Assembly (NCBI GenBank): GCA_963819725.1
Contig: CAWFXK010000017.1
Location: forward strand, 18,150 to 82,149
DNA: 64,000 bases
Source of the DNA: an uncultured Acidobacteriaceae bacterium
GTDB taxonomy: Bacteria; Acidobacteriota; Terriglobia; Terriglobales; Acidobacteriaceae
Direction: 5' to 3'
Made by a program: the position numbers and the translations under genes. Under the pieces are notes generated by a model. That model did not search any database. It saw nothing but the letters and a program-made list of their open reading frames with translations, and had not been told where the DNA came from. This document shows positions 40,274 through 49,533 of the stretch, piece after piece; the first letter of the stretch is position 1; the number at the start of each line of letters is the position of its first letter.

Positions 40274-40555
40274 ATGAACAAGCCCAATAAGCCCCTTGTC
40301 CGCATCGAGAACTGGTCCGTCGTGGGCAGCGTCATCTACTACGGCTTCCGCAAGCTGGAGCCAGGCGCCCGCCTGACCGGCGATGTAATGGGTCACGCCA
40401 ACCTGCGCAACGGCACCATCTACACTTCGGCGATCCTTACCATCGATCGCCTCAAAGGCCAGGTCGAAACCCACAACAGCATCTATAGCCTCGGCGAAGT
40501 CAGCGAAGACTATGCCCGGTGGATGGACGCGCAGGAGCAACCCCGCGCCGCCTGA
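40274..40555 (+). CDS. small protein of unrecognised family, paralog 2 (may start at GTG 40130)
   Basis: RIENWSVVGSVIYYGFRKLEPGARLTGDVMGHANLRNGTIYTSAILTIDRLKGQVETHNSIYSLGEVSEDYARW. Confidence 0.6.
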   Translation: MNKPNKPLVRIENWSVVGSVIYYGFRKLEPGARLTGDVMGHANLRNGTIYTSAILTIDRLKGQVETHNSIYSLGEVSEDYARWMDAQEQPRAA

Positions 40556-40587
40556 TTGACGGAGCAGAGCTAAAGTCACCGCCGCGC

Positions 40588-40612
40588 CCAGCGAGCCAAA
40601 TGGCTCGCCGGG
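40588..40612. terminator. stem-loop between convergent genes (GCGAGCC-AAAT-GGCTCGC)
   Basis: Perfect 7-bp stem at 40591-40608. No clear T tract. Confidence 0.4.
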
Positions 40613-40639
40613 CTCCTGTGCCTGACCCGCTCCTCGCGC

Positions 40640-41308
40640 TCACGCCGTCCTCGCGTGCTGCTCCTTCAAGTCCTTCAACAGCGCGTCGATCTGTTCCTCC
40701 TGCTCCAGCTTCGCAAACTTCTCCTCCACACCATCGCCATCCATCATCTCGCGTGCCGCAGCGTTGTGTGCCTCGGCTCCCGCGATCCGGTGTTTCATGC
40801 GCGTGATGCTCACATCGCCTTCCTTCCGCGCGATCGCCTCCCGCGCCTTCTGCGCGCGTCCCACCACGCGCGCCCGCCGGCTCTCCGCGATCATCAGCTC
40901 GCACCGGCTCCGCGTCTCCGCCAGTTTCTGCTCCAGACCCCGCAGGGCATTCTTCAGCGTCTCCACTTCCGTCCTCTGATCCTCCAGCTGCTGTGCGAAG
41001 CCGGCCGACATGCCCTTCGCGCTCAGCGACCGCTCCAGCGCCGCACGCGCCAGCCCATCGTCACCCTTGCGCACCGCCAGCTCCGCCTTGCGCTTCCACT
41101 CGGCTTCGCCGTCCTCGTGCTCCTTGCGCTTCTTCTCCAGCAGATGCTCGTCCGCCAGCGCAATCGCCACCTGCGTCTTCACCTGCATCAGCTGATTCTC
41201 CATATCCAGCACCAGCTGCTTCAGCAGCTTCTCCGGATCCTCCGCCTTATCGATCAGGTCGTTCAGATTCGCTCTCAGCAATGTGCTCACTCGTTCGAGG
41301 AGTGCCAT
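40640..41308 (-). CDS. pspA: PspA/IM30 family protein (phage shock protein A-like)
   Basis: MALLERVSTLLRANLNDLIDKAEDPEKLLKQLVLDMENQL... is the canonical PspA N-terminus. GGAGGG Shine-Dalgarno 7 nt upstream of ATG 41308. Confidence 0.85.
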   Translation of the reverse strand: MALLERVSTLLRANLNDLIDKAEDPEKLLKQLVLDMENQLMQVKTQVAIALADEHLLEKKRKEHEDGEAEWKRKAELAVRKGDDGLARAALERSLSAKGMSAGFAQQLEDQRTEVETLKNALRGLEQKLAETRSRCELMIAESRRARVVGRAQKAREAIARKEGDVSITRMKHRIAGAEAHNAAAREMMDGDGVEEKFAKLEQEEQIDALLKDLKEQHARTA

Positions 41309-41393
41309 AACATTTCCCTCCGTTTCCAAAATTTCCGCTACAAGTTTCCTGGCAGGCGGAGCGATCGCTCGCCCCGCCCACGTTCCTCCACCG

Positions 41394-42833
41394 TTACTTG
41401 CCGTCGACCACCGGCCCGCCGTCCGCCGTCCCGTTGCCGTTCGGCCGCTGCCGCATCGCCGTGATGTTCGACATCAGCTGCCGCAGATCCATCCCCGAGA
41501 GCGCTTCGAAGAGAGCCGGCACCTGCGCCGCCATCTTCGCCATGTCTCCGGTGATTTTGTTCGCGCCTGCCGCATCGCCGCCCGTCGACACGATCGTGAT
41601 CTTGTCGACTTTCGACAACGGTTCCGACATCGCGCGCACTACTTCCGGCAGGTTCGAGATCAGCCGGTCCACCACCGCTGCCTGGCTCCATTCCTGGTAA
41701 GCTTCGGCCTTCACGTTCATCGCCTTCGCTTCCGCCTCGCCTTTCTGGAAGATGATCGAAGCCTCGGCCTCGCCCTGCGTCTTGATCGCCGCCGCACGGC
41801 CCTCCGCTTCCATCGTCAGCCGCGTCTTCTCCGCAGCCGCCAGCACTTCGACGCGCTGCCGGTTGACCTCGGCTTCTTTCAGTACGGTGGCAATCAGCTC
41901 CTTCTCGTGCCGCAGAATCTCGGCCTCCTGCACCTTGATCTGCTGCTCTTTCTCGATCTGCTGCACCTTTACCTGCTCCGCGATCACCTGCTGCTGCGTG
42001 ATGTTCGTCTGCAACTCGTAGGCCTTATCCGCCGCCGCCTGCTGCTTGCGGCTCTGCTCGGCAAACTGCGCCTTCGAGATGTCCAGATCCCGCTGCGCCT
42101 GCGCCTGCTTGGCCAGCGACTGCGTCTCCGCGAGCACCCGCTCCTGATCGGCCGCGGCCTTGGCCACAGCCGCCTCTCGCGTCGCATTCGCGCGCCGGAT
42201 CGCCGTGTCGCGCTCCGCCTCGGCCGTCGCTATCTCTGCATCCCGCTTGATGCGCACGATGTCCGGACGGCCCATGTTCGTGATGTATTCGTTCTTGTCG
42301 CGGACTTCTTTAATGGTGAACGACACCACCTCGAGTCCCATCTTGCTCATGTCATCGGCGCACGTCCCGCGCATCCGGTCGGCAACCATCTCCGGCTCTT
42401 TTACGATTTGCTCCACCGTCAGCTGACCGATGATGCCGCGCAGATGGCCCTCCATCACCAGCCGGATCAGGCCCTCCCGCTGTGGCGGAGTCTTGGTGAG
42501 GAACTGCTCCGCAGCCGTCAGGATCGACTCCTGATCGCTGCGCACCTTGATCTGCGCCACCGCTTCCACCGTCACCGCGACCCCCTGCTTGGTGTACAGA
42601 TCCTGCTGCGGAGCCACGTCAAACGACATCAGTTCGAGCGAAAGCTCCCGGCAGTTCTCCACCATCGGGAAAATAATTGTGCCGTGCCCCTTAATCACGC
42701 GGGGCCCGCGGAACCCATAAACAATGAGCGCCTCGTTCGGTCCTGCCTTGCGAAACATCCTGGCCAGCATGCCCATCAGAATGATGATGACCAACAGGCC
42801 CGTTCCAACAAAAACAATGTAGGTGCTTGTCAT
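41394..42833 (-). CDS. flotillin family protein (SPFH/Band 7)
   Basis: N-terminal TM helix, SPFH domain, and a long Ala/Glu/Gln-rich coiled-coil flotillin region. Confidence 0.9.
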   Translation of the reverse strand: MTSTYIVFVGTGLLVIIILMGMLARMFRKAGPNEALIVYGFRGPRVIKGHGTIIFPMVENCRELSLELMSFDVAPQQDLYTKQGVAVTVEAVAQIKVRSDQESILTAAEQFLTKTPPQREGLIRLVMEGHLRGIIGQLTVEQIVKEPEMVADRMRGTCADDMSKMGLEVVSFTIKEVRDKNEYITNMGRPDIVRIKRDAEIATAEAERDTAIRRANATREAAVAKAAADQERVLAETQSLAKQAQAQRDLDISKAQFAEQSRKQQAAADKAYELQTNITQQQVIAEQVKVQQIEKEQQIKVQEAEILRHEKELIATVLKEAEVNRQRVEVLAAAEKTRLTMEAEGRAAAIKTQGEAEASIIFQKGEAEAKAMNVKAEAYQEWSQAAVVDRLISNLPEVVRAMSEPLSKVDKITIVSTGGDAAGANKITGDMAKMAAQVPALFEALSGMDLRQLMSNITAMRQRPNGNGTADGGPVVDGK

Positions 42834-43498
42834 AACGCCCGATCCTTTCCATCGGGTCGGTCACTGGTCGCTGTTGCTGTTGCGGTCTTCGCACCCGCGC
42901 TGTCCCCGGAGATCTCCATGCTTTCGCCGGACAATTCATCCCACGGACGCACGTACGCGATGCCTTGCTCGTAGCGCATCACCACCACTTCTATGCCGCG
43001 CGCAATCGCTACGCCTGCATCACTGCGCGCGGGTGCAAAATGGCGGCTGCCATTCTGCTTGAACTGAATCTCGCCGGTGCCGTCTTCCCGGATCACTCCC
43101 GTTACCTGGCCGAGGATTCCCAGGATATCCGTGTCGGCCGCCGTCAGCTCGTGCTCGTGCGGCAGCAGCACTTTCACCAGGAACCAGAACAGAATCGCCC
43201 CACCAGCCAGCCCGGTGACCGTCGCGATCGCCAGCACCACCAGCATCCCGAAGTCGCCGCTCTTCGCCAGCAGATACCCGCATCCGCCGAACCAGCACAG
43301 GAACGCCGCCAGCGTGAATCCGTTCACCGGACTCACACTCGCCTTCGACACCGCGCCATGCAGATGCGGCACATGCGTATTCGCGTGCCCAAAGTGAAAG
43401 TGCACATGCCCGAAATGCAGGTGCGTGAACACCCCCAGAGCCGACAGCAACGTCAGCGAAAGCCCCAGCGTGAAACAAATCAGATAGAACGTGATCAT
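42830..43498 (-). CDS. NfeD/YqiJ-like membrane protein (flotillin partner)
   Basis: His-rich loop and several TM helices, then a C-terminal OB-like segment GQVTGVIREDGTGEIQFKQNGSRHFAPARS. ATGA overlaps on both sides. Confidence 0.7.
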   Translation of the reverse strand: MITFYLICFTLGLSLTLLSALGVFTHLHFGHVHFHFGHANTHVPHLHGAVSKASVSPVNGFTLAAFLCWFGGCGYLLAKSGDFGMLVVLAIATVTGLAGGAILFWFLVKVLLPHEHELTAADTDILGILGQVTGVIREDGTGEIQFKQNGSRHFAPARSDAGVAIARGIEVVVMRYEQGIAYVRPWDELSGESMEISGDSAGAKTATATATSDRPDGKDRAL

Positions 43499-44040
43499 TG
43501 CGTGGCCTCCCTCCTGCGTGCGGGACCCGCTTTTGTCGTGCGCATCTTCGCGACCGCCCCACGTCCGTTTTCACTCCCCGAATGCAGCACCTCAAACAGC
43601 CTATCCACCAGCCCCGGCGTATCGATCACCGCATTCAGCAGCAGCAAACACCGCCGCGAATCCTCGTGCCGCGCCAGCGCCAGCAGCGCCTGCTTCAGCT
43701 CCGCATCGCGGCGGAACCGCTCCGCCCCGCTCACCAGCCACAGGTCCAGCTTGTCTTCCAGCGTCCGCGCGTCGCTCAGCAGCTCCGCGCTGTACCCCTC
43801 CGGATCGTCCACCAAATAGCCCGGATGAACCTTGAAGAACTTCGCCAGCACCTGCCGCGTGGTGTTCGTCAGGTGCGGCCGCGCCCCGCTCTCAATCTGC
43901 GAGAGGTAGCTCTGGCTGAGCGCCTTGCCGGTCTCGGTTTTGAGCGCCCGCACCATCTCCTGCTGGGTGATGGCGCGCCCCAGCCCGCGCAGCTCGCCCT
44001 CTGCTTCTCTGAGGTATTTCAGTTTTTCGCCGAGCTTCAT
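43495..44040 (-). CDS. XRE-family helix-turn-helix transcriptional regulator with a C-terminal domain of unknown function
   Basis: MKLGEKLKYLREAEG...ITQQEMVRAL...LSQSYLSQIESGARP is a Cro/C1-type HTH. ATG 44040 is preferred. Confidence 0.8.
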   Translation of the reverse strand: MKLGEKLKYLREAEGELRGLGRAITQQEMVRALKTETGKALSQSYLSQIESGARPHLTNTTRQVLAKFFKVHPGYLVDDPEGYSAELLSDARTLEDKLDLWLVSGAERFRRDAELKQALLALARHEDSRRCLLLLNAVIDTPGLVDRLFEVLHSGSENGRGAVAKMRTTKAGPARRREATQ

Positions 44041-44054
44041 AAGAAATATTGCAA

Positions 44055-44091
44055 ATCGCAATCACTATATCGCAATCTGTGATATAGTCAA
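44055..44091. promoter_or_regulatory. promoter (minus strand TTGACT-16 nt-TATAGT) overlapped by an imperfect palindrome and an ATCGCAATC direct repeat
   Basis: TCACTATAT-N11-ATATAGTCA (8/9 complementary), CTATATCGC/GTGATATAG, and ATCGCAATC at 44055 and 44069. Lies between the divergent XRE gene and the gene at 44197. Confidence 0.45.
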
Positions 44092-44196
44092 GCGAAATCG
44101 GAAACCGGCCTGCTCCGGGGTTTTTCAGGTCACTTCAGAACTCATCCTCGCCGTGACCCGGTTTTGCAGTACACTTCGCACTCGAAAGGGGCTCCT

Positions 44197-45246
44197 ATGC
44201 CCGCCATCTCTGCTGCCGATGCCATCTCACCGGCCATTCACCGCACCCGAGCTTTCCTCTTCCGCCCCTTCAGCCTCGGTACCTACCTCAAGCTCTGCAT
44301 CGTCGCGCTTCTCACCGAGGGCACCTCCGGAGGGAGCGGCAATTTCCGGCTCCCCCACAGCGGCCATGTAACCCGTCATTCCCACATCCAGACGTACTCC
44401 GCGTTCCCACACTTCGCCTTCACGCCGCAGCGCATTGCCGCCGCTCTCGCGATCGTCGCCCTCCTTATAGTCGTTGGCCTGTTCATCTCCTGGCTCATTA
44501 CGCGCCTGCGCTTCGCATACTTCCACTGCCTCATCACCAACACCCGCCTCATCCGCACCGGCTGGCACTTCTACCGCACCCAGGCAACGCGCTTTTTCTG
44601 GCTCAACGTCGTCGTCGGGTTGTGCTTTTTCGCGCTCATGGCCGTTCTCGTTTTTCCCTTCTTCGCGGGCTTCATAGCTCTGTTTCACGGCATGCGCGCT
44701 GGCGGCCATCCGAACATTGGCGCGATCTTTGCTCTGCTGCTGCCCCTGATTCCGATCATCATTCTCATCGTGCTGCTGGCCGTCGCGGTCAACATCATCC
44801 TGCGCGACTTCATGCTGCCGCACTTTGCACTTGAGAACGCCACCGCCGGCCAGGCCTGGTCCGCCGTCTGGGCCCGCATCCGCTTTGAAAAGGGATCCTT
44901 CTTCGTCTACGCCCTGCTCCGCGTTCTCCTGCCCATCGTGGCGGCGATCGGCATTGTCATCGTTCTGCTCATCCCGGCGATCCTCTGTATCCTCGCCGTG
45001 GTCGCCATCGAAGTCGGCCTCCACGCCGCCTTCCACACAGCCGCACTCGGAATCCTTCTCGAAGTCTCCGTCGGCGTCGTCGCCTTCGTCCTCGCGATGC
45101 TGGTCTTCGTCGCCGCCTTCGGTCCGCTCAAGACCGCGGTCCGCCAGTACGCGCTCATCTTCTACGGCGGCCGCTACCGTCTGCTCGGCGACATCCTCTA
45201 TCCACCGCCGCCGCCCGCCGCGATCCCGGCTCCAGCATCGCTCTGA
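44197..45246 (+). CDS. hypothetical polytopic membrane protein
   Basis: ATG 44197 with GAAAGGGG upstream, 6-8 hydrophobic helices and a Pro-rich tail. Divergent from the XRE gene. Confidence 0.6.
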   Translation: MPAISAADAISPAIHRTRAFLFRPFSLGTYLKLCIVALLTEGTSGGSGNFRLPHSGHVTRHSHIQTYSAFPHFAFTPQRIAAALAIVALLIVVGLFISWLITRLRFAYFHCLITNTRLIRTGWHFYRTQATRFFWLNVVVGLCFFALMAVLVFPFFAGFIALFHGMRAGGHPNIGAIFALLLPLIPIIILIVLLAVAVNIILRDFMLPHFALENATAGQAWSAVWARIRFEKGSFFVYALLRVLLPIVAAIGIVIVLLIPAILCILAVVAIEVGLHAAFHTAALGILLEVSVGVVAFVLAMLVFVAAFGPLKTAVRQYALIFYGGRYRLLGDILYPPPPPAAIPAPASL

Positions 45247-45270
45247 AGGCTATGCGCTTCCCATTCGCTC

Positions 45271-45306
45271 CCTGACTGGCAGGCCTCAGAAGGCTTGCCG
45301 GTCAGG
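45271..45306. terminator. stem-loop between convergent genes
   Basis: CCTGACTGGCAGGCCT / AGGCTTGCCGGTCAGG imperfect inverted repeat. Confidence 0.45.
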
Positions 45307-45985
45307 CTGCCCTCGGTTGCACAGGCGACTGCCGCGCTCGAAACGCCAGAATGAAGAGCCAGACGAGATCCAGAAGGATCGGCCATACGATCACCACCGA
45401 CATGAACCAGCCCGATCGTGAACCGAAACTTCCAGCCGCTCCCGCGTAGACGACCAGACACAGCGCGGCATTCGCCAGCCAGGCGGCATCGAGACCGAGT
45501 TCGCAGGCCTGAGTGGGAAAAAGGAAACGACGGCGCAGGAGCAAGACGATCCCGCTCGCAATCACGATGCCGAAGCCCAGACCGAGGACAGTGAGTCGTT
45601 GCCACTGGCTGGTTCCGGCCAGGTGCAGCAGAAACGGCGTCTCTACCATAACGGTGCCCGCAATCGAGAGCGCTACGAGTGTCCAGATGATGCGGCGCTC
45701 CGTGGCCGTCGACAATTGCGGCGACAAGAGCGATCGCAGACGCAGCCAGATCATGGGAAACGCCAGAAAAAACGGAACACCCGCCAGAAAGTGCCACCAA
45801 TTGCCCTGGTTGCCTGGAACCCGCAGCGTCACGGCGTCCCATGGCGATGTGTCGAACGCGAAGGGGAGAAACGCAACGGCCGCTGCAGCCAGCCAAACAA
45901 CCAGCGCCACAACGGTCAGCTTCGCCGAGTCATGTCCTTCTCTCGACACAGCCGACAGGGCTGTCATTTGTGAAGGATGATCCAT
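45302..45985 (-). CDS. hypothetical membrane protein
   Basis: Six predicted hydrophobic helices. No motif recognised. Confidence 0.55.
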   Translation of the reverse strand: MDHPSQMTALSAVSREGHDSAKLTVVALVVWLAAAAVAFLPFAFDTSPWDAVTLRVPGNQGNWWHFLAGVPFFLAFPMIWLRLRSLLSPQLSTATERRIIWTLVALSIAGTVMVETPFLLHLAGTSQWQRLTVLGLGFGIVIASGIVLLLRRRFLFPTQACELGLDAAWLANAALCLVVYAGAAGSFGSRSGWFMSVVIVWPILLDLVWLFILAFRARQSPVQPRAA

Positions 45986-46096
45986 GAGGTGTCAATTACG
46001 GAAGCACGCCGCGGAATGTTCCGGGAAGGAATGAGATGGCTCTACAGTCTGCGCGTCCACAGCGCGTCGCAGTCCGGCTGTGCTATCCTCCCCCGC

Positions 46097-46828
46097 ATGG
46101 CGACCGCTGTTTCCCAACCCCAGGTGGCGACTCCGCGGCACAGCGCCCTGGTGCGCGTCACGCACTGGCTCACCGTCGTGGCCTTCCTCGCGCTCGCCAT
46201 CACCGGCTACATGATCATCCTCACGCATCCGCGCTTTTACTGGGGCGAAACCGGCAACGTCAACATGAAGCCGCTCTTCCGGATTCCCGTGCCCTCATCG
46301 CGCGACACGGTGCCCACCGGCTACGGATACGTCCTGGCCGACGAGAACGGCTGGGCCCGCTCCCTTCACTTCGAGGCAGCCTGGCTCTTCGTCCTCACCG
46401 GCGTCGTCTATGCCATTGGCAGTTTCTGGTCCGGGCACTTCCGCCGCAACCTGTTCCCGCAACGCGGCGACAGATCCTGGCAGGCATACTGGCGTGCGTT
46501 CCGCGGCATCGACACGCGCGACGACGGCGCCCGCGGCTACAACGTCCTCCAGCGCACCGTCTATCTCGGCGTCATCTTCATCCTGACGCCCGCGGTCATC
46601 TGGACCGGCCTCGCCCTCTCGCCGGCATTCAACGCCGCCTTCCCGTTTTTCGTTGACGTGCTTGGTGGCCGCCAGTCCGCGCGGACCCTGCACTTCTTCG
46701 CGTCAGACTTGCTGGTCGCATTCCTGGTCGTGCATGTCGTCATGATCGCGCTGGCAGGGTTCTGGAGCCGCACCCGCGCCATGATCACGGGCCGCGCTGA
46801 CGGCCCCGCTGTGGAGGATGACGCATGA
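46097..46828 (+). CDS. cytochrome b-type membrane subunit (cytochrome b561 / PhsC / YedZ-like)
   Basis: RVTHWLTVVAFLALAITGYMI has the His-containing helices typical of di-haem b subunits. The stop overlaps the next gene. Confidence 0.65.
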   Translation: MATAVSQPQVATPRHSALVRVTHWLTVVAFLALAITGYMIILTHPRFYWGETGNVNMKPLFRIPVPSSRDTVPTGYGYVLADENGWARSLHFEAAWLFVLTGVVYAIGSFWSGHFRRNLFPQRGDRSWQAYWRAFRGIDTRDDGARGYNVLQRTVYLGVIFILTPAVIWTGLALSPAFNAAFPFFVDVLGGRQSARTLHFFASDLLVAFLVVHVVMIALAGFWSRTRAMITGRADGPAVEDDA

Positions 46829-47586
46829 CTTCGATTTCGAGACGCAAGCTGATCACAGGCGGCGCGGTCACGTTGGCCGCTGGAGTGACCGGGCTGGCAG
46901 CCGCCGATCGCATCGCGCGCCGCTGGGGACTCATCCCGCCGGATAGCGGCGGCCTCTACGGCGCTGGCGAGACGCTGACCTATGCGGCGCAGCGCGTCAT
47001 CGGCAAACATGCTCTGGCGCGCGAATTTCCGCGCGGCATGATTTCCAGGACGCCGTTCATGAACGAAGTGGCGCCGCCAACCGATGCCTTCAAGAAGCAG
47101 CAGGCCGCCGACTTCCGCGACTGGCGCCTCGTTGTCGACGGCATGGTCGAGCACCCGCTCTCGCTCTCGGTCGCCGACCTCCAGTCGCTCGCGAGACGAA
47201 ACCAGATCACCGAGGTCGTCTGCGAAGAAGGTTGGTCCTACGTTGCCGAGTGGATCGGCACCCCTCTCAGCGCTGTCCTGCAGGAAGCCGGCACACTTCC
47301 GCAGGTCCGCTACATCGTCTACCGATCGATTCAGACCGACTGGTGGGAGAGCATCGACATGGCCGACGCCCTCCATCCGCAAACTTTCCTCACCTGGGGC
47401 ATGAACGACGGCGACTTGCCCGTCGGCTTCGGCGGCCCGTTGCGCATGCGCATCCCGCGCCAGCTCGGGTACAAGAGCGTGAAGTACATCACTCACCTCA
47501 CCGCCACCGACTCGATGAAGAAATTCGGCAAAGGCCTCGGCTCCGCCTCCCCTGAAGGCGGCTACGCCTGGTACGCGGGGATCTGA
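46825..47586 (+). CDS. molybdopterin-dependent oxidoreductase (sulfite-oxidase fold, YedY/MsrP-like), Tat signal
   Basis: SRRKLITGGAVTLAAG twin-arginine signal and ...EGWSYVAEWIGTPL...GGPLRMRIPRQLGYKSVKYI. Confidence 0.8.
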   Translation: MTSISRRKLITGGAVTLAAGVTGLAAADRIARRWGLIPPDSGGLYGAGETLTYAAQRVIGKHALAREFPRGMISRTPFMNEVAPPTDAFKKQQAADFRDWRLVVDGMVEHPLSLSVADLQSLARRNQITEVVCEEGWSYVAEWIGTPLSAVLQEAGTLPQVRYIVYRSIQTDWWESIDMADALHPQTFLTWGMNDGDLPVGFGGPLRMRIPRQLGYKSVKYITHLTATDSMKKFGKGLGSASPEGGYAWYAGI

Positions 47587-47673
47587 CACATCTGATTCGC
47601 AACATCATTTGCGAACCTGCGTGACGCCTGCCACCCGCTTATACTGCCCTTTGCTTTTCCAGGGAGGGCAAAC

Positions 47674-49533
47674 GTGCGTCGGAGAGAATTCTGCAAATTA
47701 GCCGCGGCCGCCGCCGCAGGCACAGCAATTGGCGGAACCGCAAGCGCAGAAGATCCAAAACCACTCTCCACCCCAGACACAACCGCAACCTCGCTGTCCG
47801 GCGCTGAAGCCGCGCAGGAGGGCGTCGCCGTTGGCTTCGGCCAGGTCACGCAGACCTACGCCGAGTTCTGCCAGACTCCCGCGCAGGACCGCGTCTTCTA
47901 CGCGCTCGAAGGTGGAAAGGTCATCAGCGAGAGACTCGACGAGGCGACCTGGAAACCGACAGGATGGATTCAGCCGCCGGATCTGCCCATTCCCGGTGGA
48001 TCGTGGGATGGCGTGCCAATGGTGTCGCCAATTCCGAATCTCGCCGGCTCCGGCCCCTTCCAGCCCACCTGGGAATCGCTGCTCAATTACGAGGCACCGG
48101 AGTGGTATCGCGACGCCAAGTTCGGCATCTGGGCGCACTGGAGCCCGCAGTGCGTGCCCGAGGCAGGCGACTGGTACGCGCGCAACATGTACATCGAAAC
48201 CGAGCGGCAATACCAATACCAGCTCGACCACTACGGCCCCCAGTCGCGTTTCGGCTTCAAGGATCTCTGTCCGCAATGGACCCTGCTCAACTGGCAACCC
48301 GAGGAGCTCATCGCCCGCTACAAGAAAGCCGGTGCGCGGATTTTCGTTACGCTGGCCAACCATCACGACGGCCTCGACACCTGGAACTCGCGCCATCATC
48401 CCTGGAACTCTGTGAATGTCGGCCCCCACAAGGATGTCGTCGGCACCTGGGCCAAAGCGGCGCGCGACGCCGGCCTGCGCCTCGGCGTCACCGTCCATCA
48501 GGCGCGCAACTGGTGGTGGTTCCAAACCGCGCACGGCGCCGACACAAAAGGGCAGTTCGCCGGCGTTCCTTACGACGGCAACAGGACCCTCGCCGACGGC
48601 AAAGGACAATGGTGGGAGGGCTACGACCCGCAGCGCGTCTATGCGCCCAAGCACCCTTACAACGCGCTCCCCGACGCCTCCTTCGTGAAGAACTTCTACG
48701 ACCGCACGAAGGACCTCATCGACCTCCACGATCCGGACCTGCTCTACTTCGACAATCCGCGTTTCCCCCTGGGATGGGCCGGCATGAACATTGGCGCCTA
48801 TTACTACAACCGCAGCGTGCGCGCCCACGGCGGTAAAGTCCAGGGCGTCATCACCATCAAAGAAGTGCCGGACCAGTGGGTAAAAGCCGCCGTTGTCGAC
48901 TGGGAGCGCGGCCTGACCAACAAAATCATGGAGTACGCCTGGCAGTCGGAAACCTGCATCGGCGACTGGCACTACGATCGCCGCCTCTACGACAAGCCCG
49001 GCGAATACGGCGGCTATCTGCCCCCGCGCGACGTCATCCACTGGCTCATTGACACCGTCAGCAAGAACGGAACCTTCATCCTGAACATCCCTGGCAAACC
49101 GGACGGCACCATCGACAGCAAGGAGATGGCCATCGTCGACCGCATCACCGACTGGATGAGCGTCAACGGCGAGGCCATCTACGAAACCAGGCCCTGGAAG
49201 GTCTTCGGCGAGGGGCCTGACACCATCAAGAGCGGCTCCTTCCAGGGCAACAGCATCGCGCAGCTCAACGAGAAAGACACCCGCTTCACGCGCAGCAAAG
49301 ATGAAAAAACCATTTACGCGATCGTGCTCGGCTGGCCTGCAGCCGAGTTCGTCGTACAGTCCCTCGGCACCGCCAGCGCAACCCAGCCAGGCAAAATCCT
49401 GCGCGTGGAATTGCTCGGAACCGGCGAGAAGCCACGCTGGAAACAATCTCCGGAAGGCCTGCGCGTAACGCTGCCGGCGAACTACAAGCCGGCAGTCGAC
49501 TTCGCCGCGTCTCTCAAAGTGATGGTCGGATGA
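47674..49533 (+). CDS. alpha-L-fucosidase (GH29), Tat signal
   Basis: MRRREFCKLAAAAAAG and WYRDAKFGIWAHWSPQ...ARIFVTLANHHDGLDTWNS. Confidence 0.85.
   Translation: MRRREFCKLAAAAAAGTAIGGTASAEDPKPLSTPDTTATSLSGAEAAQEGVAVGFGQVTQTYAEFCQTPAQDRVFYALEGGKVISERLDEATWKPTGWIQPPDLPIPGGSWDGVPMVSPIPNLAGSGPFQPTWESLLNYEAPEWYRDAKFGIWAHWSPQCVPEAGDWYARNMYIETERQYQYQLDHYGPQSRFGFKDLCPQWTLLNWQPEELIARYKKAGARIFVTLANHHDGLDTWNSRHHPWNSVNVGPHKDVVGTWAKAARDAGLRLGVTVHQARNWWWFQTAHGADTKGQFAGVPYDGNRTLADGKGQWWEGYDPQRVYAPKHPYNALPDASFVKNFYDRTKDLIDLHDPDLLYFDNPRFPLGWAGMNIGAYYYNRSVRAHGGKVQGVITIKEVPDQWVKAAVVDWERGLTNKIMEYAWQSETCIGDWHYDRRLYDKPGEYGGYLPPRDVIHWLIDTVSKNGTFILNIPGKPDGTIDSKEMAIVDRITDWMSVNGEAIYETRPWKVFGEGPDTIKSGSFQGNSIAQLNEKDTRFTRSKDEKTIYAIVLGWPAAEFVVQSLGTASATQPGKILRVELLGTGEKPRWKQSPEGLRVTLPANYKPAVDFAASLKVMVG

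Noticed and set aside
37139-40640. A genomic island integrated at tRNA-Ser (AT-richer junctions, duplicated small genes).
   Set aside because: There is no integrase or recombinase, and no direct repeat of the tRNA 3' end downstream. The only tRNA-like fragment (34788-34806) is on the wrong side, upstream of the tRNA 5' end.
46097-47586. The cytochrome b plus Moco oxidoreductase pair as something novel.
   Set aside because: It is consistent with the known MsrPQ/YedYZ-like two-component oxidoreductase architecture. Only the gene order differs (b subunit first).
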